From Armatimonadota bacterium (GTDB lineage: Bacteria > Vulcanimicrobiota > JACPDS01 > JBDRKI01): DNA of 53,522 nt. Positions within the stretch are counted from its first letter, which is position 1. Each line of letters begins with the position of its first letter. The DNA is taken from positions 1 through 53,522 of the forward strand of contig JBDRKI010000046.1 of assembly GCA_043814095.1 (NCBI GenBank). The letters are read 5' to 3'. The translations under genes were made by a program, and so were the position numbers. The notes below the pieces were generated by a model. The model saw nothing but the letters and a program-made list of their open reading frames with translations. It was not told where the DNA came from and made no database searches. Shown here piece by piece: positions 48,357 to 53,522 of this stretch.

Positions 48357-48566
48357 CTAACGTCTTCCCAGTTCTTTTTCTCTTAATATTGTCTTGACTC
48401 TGGCGATCTGTTTTCTAACCTGGCCTATCTTGGAATAGTCTTCCAGGTGGCCGGTCGCTATCTGAAATCTTAAGTTAAAAAATTCTTCTTTTAAACTTTT
48501 TAATTCTTCTTTTAATTCATTCTGGCCCATCTCGCCGTATTTTTTTATAGCTTCTTTTGTTTTCAT
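48357..48566 (-). CDS. rpmC: 50S ribosomal protein L29
   Basis: [19 protein letters not shown]. Confidence 0.96.
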   Translation of the reverse strand: MKTKEAIKKYGEMGQNELKEELKSLKEEFFNLRFQIATGHLEDYSKIGQVRKQIARVKTILREKELGRR

Positions 48567-48595
48567 AATTTTCACCCCTCTATGATTAAGTGGTA

Positions 48596-49003
48596 TTAGT
48601 GTCTTTTCAGGAATCTTGTCTTCACGGGCAATTTAAATGATGCCAGACGAAGAGCTTCCTGAGCCACTGCTTCTTCTACACCGCCTATTTCAAATAAAAC
48701 TCTGCCCGGTTTTACAACCGCCACCCAGAATTCCGGCGCGCCTTTTCCGCTTCCCATTCTGGTCTCGGCCGGTTTTTTAGTTACCGGCTTATCCGGGAAA
48801 ATCTTTACCCATACTTTTCCGCCGCGTTTGGCAAATCTTGTCATGGCAACTCTCGCGGCTTCTATCTGCCTGTCTGTAATCCATCCTGCTTCCAGGGTCT
48901 GGAGACCGTACTCGCCAAAATGAACGCTGTTGCCTCTTGCGGCCTTACCGGCTCTTTTGCCTCTCTGCTGTTTTCTGTATTTTATCCTTCTGGGCATTAA
49001 CAT
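48596..49003 (-). CDS. rplP: 50S ribosomal protein L16
   Basis: [16 protein letters not shown]. Confidence 0.98.
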   Translation of the reverse strand: MLMPRRIKYRKQQRGKRAGKAARGNSVHFGEYGLQTLEAGWITDRQIEAARVAMTRFAKRGGKVWVKIFPDKPVTKKPAETRMGSGKGAPEFWVAVVKPGRVLFEIGGVEEAVAQEALRLASFKLPVKTRFLKRH

Positions 49004-49668
49004 TATGACTGCCCCCCTTCTTGCGTCTTTTGTCTGGTTTTCTTAGGAAGAACTTCTCCTTTGCATATCCAGACCTGGACACCTATTCTGCCGTAAGTGG
49101 TATATGCTTCGCACTTAGCGAAATCAATATCCGCTCTTAAAGTATGCAATGGAACTCTGCCGTCAAATGTACGTTCACTGCGTGCGATTTCAGCGCCGGC
49201 CAGCCTGCCGCTGCATAAAATCTTTATGCCTTCGGCTCCGGCACGCATGGTTGCACCGATGGCTTTTTTCATGGCGCGCTTAAAAGGTATCCTTTTTTCT
49301 ATCTGCTCCACAATATTGTCCCCAACCAGTTTAGCGGATAAATCAGGCTGTTTAACTTCCTGCACCGTTAAATTTATAGGGGAAGCAACCATCTTTTGCA
49401 GATCTTTCTTTATGGCCTCAATGCCCGATCCTTTTTTACCTATAACTATACCGGGTTTCGCGGTATAGATCTTCACATTGATCATCTTTTCGGCGCGTTC
49501 AATCTCAACTTTAGCTATGCCGTAGCCTTTAAGTTTATCAAGACATTCCCTGATTCTTAAATCGCTTAATAGCCATTCTTTATAATTTTTCTTTGCGGCA
49601 ATCCAGTTGCTGTCCCAGGTAGTCGTTATTTTTAAACGATTAGCTTTCGCTGATGTTTTCTGACCCAT
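49003..49668 (-). CDS. rpsC: 30S ribosomal protein S3
   Basis: [31 protein letters not shown]. Confidence 0.98.
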   Translation of the reverse strand: MGQKTSAKANRLKITTTWDSNWIAAKKNYKEWLLSDLRIRECLDKLKGYGIAKVEIERAEKMINVKIYTAKPGIVIGKKGSGIEAIKKDLQKMVASPINLTVQEVKQPDLSAKLVGDNIVEQIEKRIPFKRAMKKAIGATMRAGAEGIKILCSGRLAGAEIARSERTFDGRVPLHTLRADIDFAKCEAYTTYGRIGVQVWICKGEVLPKKTRQKTQEGGQS

Positions 49669-50189
49669 TATTGACCTCCCTTTTCCATAACGGCAATTGT
49701 TATATGACTTGATCTTTTGAATATAAGGCTTGCGCGACCCATGGCCCTGGGCAGATGTCTTTTCATGGTCGGGCCCGGATCAACATAAGCTTTTGATATA
49801 TATAATCTGTCAACATCCATATCAAAATTGTTTTCTGCGTTGGCAACCGCTGACTTTAATACTTTTTCAAGTTTACCGGCCGCAAAAGAATGCGTGAATT
49901 TAAGCAGAGTCATCGCTTCAGATACTTTCTTTCCTCTTATGGTATCAATAACGTATCTTACTTTCCTGGGCGGTGTCTGGACATATTTAGCTACCGCTCT
50001 GACTTCTCTGTCTTTATTTTCTTTTTTAGAAACTTTTTTAGATATTTTTGCCGGCTTAACAGTGGCTTTCTTAGTTTCTATTTTAGCCTTAACTTCTTTT
50101 TTGGCTGTCTTAGGACTGCTTTTTGCCTTTTTAACAGTATCTGTTTTACTAGTCTTGGCTCGTTTAGTGGTTTTTTTCTTCTCTTCCAT
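49668..50189 (-). CDS. rplV: 50S ribosomal protein L22 with a ~60-aa Lys/Thr/Ala-rich N-terminal extension
   Basis: Core PRKVR.V.D.IRG, SAVANAENN, PRAMGRA, SHIT; probable ATG at 50189. Confidence 0.95.
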   Translation of the reverse strand: MEEKKKTTKRAKTSKTDTVKKAKSSPKTAKKEVKAKIETKKATVKPAKISKKVSKKENKDREVRAVAKYVQTPPRKVRYVIDTIRGKKVSEAMTLLKFTHSFAAGKLEKVLKSAVANAENNFDMDVDRLYISKAYVDPGPTMKRHLPRAMGRASLIFKRSSHITIAVMEKGGQ

Positions 50190-50223
50190 ATTACCAGGCC
50201 TCACTTTCAATTATTTATGCCTT

Positions 50224-50541
50224 TTATTTTGCTGCTGCCGCCATAGGAGCTGCTGCGTCACCCACTTTACTGGCTTTTTCTGCTTTTGAGGAATGTCCCC
50301 TAAAGACTCTCGTGGGTACAAATTCTCCCAGTTTATGACCGACCATCTGTTCCGTAACATAAATAGGAACATGTTTCTTGCCGTCATGGACAGCTATTGT
50401 ATGGCCTATCATATCGGGAAATACCGTACACGCTCTGGCCCAAGTTTTAACCACTTTTTTATCATTCCTCTGGTTCATGGCTTCAACTTTTTTAAATAAA
50501 TTGTTATCAACATACGGGCCTTTTTTAATTGATCTGGACAT
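50224..50541 (-). CDS. rpsS: 30S ribosomal protein S19
   Basis: [19 protein letters not shown]; short Ala-rich tail. Confidence 0.98.
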   Translation of the reverse strand: MSRSIKKGPYVDNNLFKKVEAMNQRNDKKVVKTWARACTVFPDMIGHTIAVHDGKKHVPIYVTEQMVGHKLGEFVPTRVFRGHSSKAEKASKVGDAAAPMAAAAK

Positions 50542-50555
50542 TTACGCCTCCTGTT

Positions 50556-51389
50556 TTATCTCTTTTTCTTCTTTCTTCTTGAGACTATATCTTTATTATT
50601 ACTGTTTTTCTTCCTGGTTTTTAAGCCATATGTAGGCTTACCTGTAGGTGTTACGCTGGGCCTTCCGGGTGTGGACTTTGATTCACCGCCGCCGTGCGGG
50701 TGATCGCAGGGATTCTTGGCAACGCCCCTGTTTGTAGGCCTTATGCCCATCCAGCGTTTTCTGCCGGCTTTGCCTATGGTTATATTTTCATGATCAATAT
50801 TGCCGACCTGACCTATGGTCGCCCTGCAGTTGGCGTTAATAAGTCTTACTTCCGAAGAAGGAAGTCTTATATGGACTTTTTCGCCCTCTTTTGCCAGAAG
50901 CTGTGCCCCTGCACCTGCCGAACGTACAAGCTGGCCGCCGCGCTTCGGCTGCATTTCTATATTGTGTATCAATGTACCTAACGGAATATTCTTTAAAGGA
51001 AGGGTATTACCGACTTTTATATCGGATCCCTCGCCTGATACAACTTTATCACCGACTTTTAAACCCACCGGGGATAAAATATATCTTCTCTCGCCGTCTT
51101 TATAAACAAGAAGAGCAATATTAGCTGATCTGTTAGGATCATACTGGATTGACTCAACTCTTGCTTCTATATTATCTTTATCTCTTTTCCAGTCGATTAT
51201 TCTGTAAATCTTTTTGTGACCGCCGCCGCGCTGTCTTACCGTAATCCTTCCCTGAAAATTTCTGCCGCTTTTCTTTTTAAGGCTTACAAGCAGTTTCTCA
51301 TAAGGCTTTGTCTCGGTTATTTCATTAAAATCCGACACATTCATAAATCTTCTGGACGGTGTAGTCGGTTTAAAATTCCTGTTAGCCAT
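50556..51389 (-). CDS. rplB: 50S ribosomal protein L2
   Basis: [21 protein letters not shown]. Confidence 0.98.
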   Translation of the reverse strand: MANRNFKPTTPSRRFMNVSDFNEITETKPYEKLLVSLKKKSGRNFQGRITVRQRGGGHKKIYRIIDWKRDKDNIEARVESIQYDPNRSANIALLVYKDGERRYILSPVGLKVGDKVVSGEGSDIKVGNTLPLKNIPLGTLIHNIEMQPKRGGQLVRSAGAGAQLLAKEGEKVHIRLPSSEVRLINANCRATIGQVGNIDHENITIGKAGRKRWMGIRPTNRGVAKNPCDHPHGGGESKSTPGRPSVTPTGKPTYGLKTRKKNSNNKDIVSRRKKKKR

Positions 51390-51417
51390 AATTTTCCTCC
51401 GTTTTCTTATTTACACA

Positions 51418-51726
51418 TTAATGTTCAAATAAACTTACTCCGCCTACCTGTATGCTCTGGCCTTCTTTTAATGTAACTACCGCTTTTTTCTTTTCGTTTG
51501 TTTTGCCTACATACTTGCCCATTCTTTTTGTTTTGGCGGGTATTTTAATGGTGTTTACTTTTATTACTTTCACTTTAAATATACTCTCTATGGCTTTTCT
51601 TATTTCTATTTTGTTGACTGACGGATCAACTTCAAAAGTATACTTATTCAAAGTACTGTTCATTGTGCTTTTTTCCGTAACCAAAGGACTTTTAATTATA
51701 TCTCTATAATCGCCTCTCTTTTTCAT
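51418..51726 (-). CDS. rplW: 50S ribosomal protein L23
   Basis: P.VTEK, NKIEI, KKA.VTL. Confidence 0.97.
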   Translation of the reverse strand: MKKRGDYRDIIKSPLVTEKSTMNSTLNKYTFEVDPSVNKIEIRKAIESIFKVKVIKVNTIKIPAKTKRMGKYVGKTNEKKKAVVTLKEGQSIQVGGVSLFEH

Positions 51727-52346
51727 GACATTACCTCCTCTATATAATCAACGGAGTCTTTGGTCAATATTATAGTTTCATTACTAATAATATCGTAAGG
51801 ATTAATCCTGTTTGCTGTTGTTATTTTCACGTTTTTTAAATTACCCGCTGATTTTTCTAAAATACTGTCTTTTTCCTTAACAACTACCAGAACCTTGTCA
51901 TTAACCTTTAATTTGCTTAAAATTTCCATAAAATCTTTTGTTTTAGGAACATCCAGTTTTATAGAGTCAACAAATATCACTTTGCCTTCCGAAAATCTGG
52001 CGGATAATGCAGATTTTATCGCAAACTGTCTTACTTTTTTAGGCAGGGTTTTTTTATAATCGCGCGGTCTCGGTCCGAATGTTATTCCGCCGCCTTCCCA
52101 TAAAGGTGAACGGATAGACCCTACTCTGGCGCGTCCTGTGCCTTTCTGTTTCCACGGCTTTGCGCCGCCTCCGCGTACTTCTGATCTGTCTTTGGTTTTC
52201 GAAGTGCCGCGTCTTTTATTATTAAGATACATCACACAGCCTGAATGTATGATATCCGCTCTTACGGGGGCTGAAAATATATCATCTTTAACCGTGATAT
52301 CACCCTTGCTCTGGCCTGTTTGGCTTAATAATTTTACTTGACCCAT
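51723..52346 (-). CDS. rplD: 50S ribosomal protein L4
   Basis: RSEVRGGG.KPWKQKGTGRAR.GS. Confidence 0.98.
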   Translation of the reverse strand: MGQVKLLSQTGQSKGDITVKDDIFSAPVRADIIHSGCVMYLNNKRRGTSKTKDRSEVRGGGAKPWKQKGTGRARVGSIRSPLWEGGGITFGPRPRDYKKTLPKKVRQFAIKSALSARFSEGKVIFVDSIKLDVPKTKDFMEILSKLKVNDKVLVVVKEKDSILEKSAGNLKNVKITTANRINPYDIISNETIILTKDSVDYIEEVMS

Positions 52347-52370
52347 AATTTCCTCCTCGAGATCCTTTAA

Positions 52371-53006
52371 CTATGCTTTAGATTTAACTGATTTTCTTAT
52401 AAAAACCATACCGTTTTTATGGCCGGGCACGGAACCTTTGACAAGTATTAAATTTTTATCCTGGTCTATCTGCACCACTTTTAAACCAAGTATAGTGCTC
52501 TTTGAATTGCCCATCTGACCGGGGCCTTTTTGACCTTTAAAAGTCCTTGCCGAATCGGTTGAACCGGCGGACGCAGGCTTTCTATGAACTTTGCTCGTGC
52601 CATGGCTCGCGCCCTGACCCGCGAAATTATGCCTCTTCATTGTTCCGGTAAAGCCTTTACCTATGGTTGTGCCTGAAATATCCACAAAATCACCTATTTT
52701 AAACAGTTCGCTTATTTTAAGCTCTTTTCCCAATGTCAAATCATCCAGCGAAGGAACTTTTATCTCTTTCAGGTGTTTATAAATATCCAGTTTATTCTTT
52801 TTAAAGTGTCCGGCATAGGGCTTGTTTGTCCTTTTGGCATCCTTCTTTTCATACCCTATCTGAACAGCGTTATAACCGTCTTTTTCGTCTGTTTTAACCT
52901 GTGTAATAACACAAGGACCGGCAGAAATTACCGTTACAGGAATCAATTCTCCGTCTTGAGTAAAATAATTCATCATTCCTATTTTTTTGCCCAGTATCCC
53001 TTTCAT
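52371..53006 (-). CDS. rplC: 50S ribosomal protein L3
   Basis: GKKIGM, DGY.AVQ, GKGF.G.MKRH, KGSVPG. Confidence 0.98.
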   Translation of the reverse strand: MKGILGKKIGMMNYFTQDGELIPVTVISAGPCVITQVKTDEKDGYNAVQIGYEKKDAKRTNKPYAGHFKKNKLDIYKHLKEIKVPSLDDLTLGKELKISELFKIGDFVDISGTTIGKGFTGTMKRHNFAGQGASHGTSKVHRKPASAGSTDSARTFKGQKGPGQMGNSKSTILGLKVVQIDQDKNLILVKGSVPGHKNGMVFIRKSVKSKA

Positions 53007-53074
53007 AATTCACCTCGTATAAGAAATTCGTAGAGCTTTAAAAATATCTTAAGCTCCGCAAACTATTTATCTAA

Positions 53075-53389
53075 CTAATTAGCAGTTATCTCTATGGATA
53101 CACCTGCGGGAAGATCAACTTTCATTAAAGCGTCAACAGTCTTCTGCTGGGGGTCAAAATAAATATCAATTAATCTTTTATGTGTTCTTATCTCAAACTG
53201 CTCCCTTGATTTCTTGTCAACATGCGGGGAACGCAAAACACAGTACTTATTTTTTTCCGTCGGGAGAGGCACGGGACCGGAGATCTGCGCTCCTGATCTT
53301 TTAGCTATGTCTATTATTCTCTCAACCGAACGGTCTAAAATTTCATGATCGTACGCTCTTAATTTCACTCTTAATCTCTGATTAGCCAT
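53075..53389 (-). CDS. rpsJ: 30S ribosomal protein S10
   Basis: [26 protein letters not shown]. Confidence 0.98.
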   Translation of the reverse strand: MANQRLRVKLRAYDHEILDRSVERIIDIAKRSGAQISGPVPLPTEKNKYCVLRSPHVDKKSREQFEIRTHKRLIDIYFDPQQKTVDALMKVDLPAGVSIEITAN

Positions 53390-53409
53390 TTTTTTCTCCT
53401 TAAATCGGC

Positions 53410-53443
53410 AAGCGGTCCGGGCAGTTTAAACTGCCCGCCGCTT
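53410..53443. other. Strong hairpin between tuf and rpsJ
   Basis: AAGCGG-TC-CGGGCAGTTTAAACTGCCCG-CCGCTT; no U-tract. Confidence 0.55.
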
Positions 53444-53456
53444 ACCTGATGCTTAA

Positions 53457-53522
53457 CTATTCAATTATTGAAGTTACAACACCGGCTCCTACCGTTCTTC
53501 CGCCTTCTCTTACAGCGAACCT
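53457..53522 (-). CDS. tuf: Elongation factor Tu, 3' end only
   Basis: Manual translation: RFAVREGGRTVGAGVVTSIIE-stop. Confidence 0.97.
   Translation of the reverse strand, partial: RFAVREGGRTVGAGVVTSIIE

Noticed and set aside
35968-53033. Many short plus-strand ORFs over the ECF and ribosomal operons, and similar short antisense ORFs elsewhere
   Set aside because: They are antisense shadows of well-conserved genes with no RBS or motif support.
1-53522. Alternative genetic code (TGA recoding)
   Set aside because: TGA ends genes at the expected lengths (31189, 33685, 51723), conserved genes are uninterrupted, and tRNA-Trp has a CCA anticodon.

Overview
AT-rich bacterial chromosome segment using genetic code 11. 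The gene order (adk-map-infA-rpmJ-rpsM-rpsK-rpsD-rpoA-rplQ-ecfA-ecfA-ecfT) is Terrabacteria/Bacillota-like, but I cannot assign the taxon. The right third (35.4-53.5 kb, minus strand) holds the 3' end of tuf, the S10-spc-alpha ribosomal superoperon (no rpmD/L30) and an ECF transporter module. The middle (18.1-33.2 kb, minus) is a tandem array of 8 DUF2723/TMEM260-like GT-C glycosyltransferase-TPR paralogs: six intact, one frameshifted in a G8 tract and one lacking the membrane catalytic domain. A RelE-type toxin-antitoxin pair lies beside it. The left part mixes housekeeping genes (GH13 glucosidase, tRNA-Trp, mobB, two butyrate kinases, tRNA-Leu, alr) with many orphan ORFs. The most striking signal is one promoter architecture found at four separate loci: four (G)TTAACA-like boxes at exactly 11-bp spacing, with a -10 hexamer starting exactly 27 nt after the start of box 4. 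It sits upstream of orphan genes with no Sec signal peptide, including a pentein-fold deiminase in a cassette flanked by a 31-bp direct repeat, Lys-rich proteins and small amphipathic peptides. This suggests an undescribed co-activated regulon, possibly of exported effectors. All calls come from motif recognition by eye; no database searches were run.
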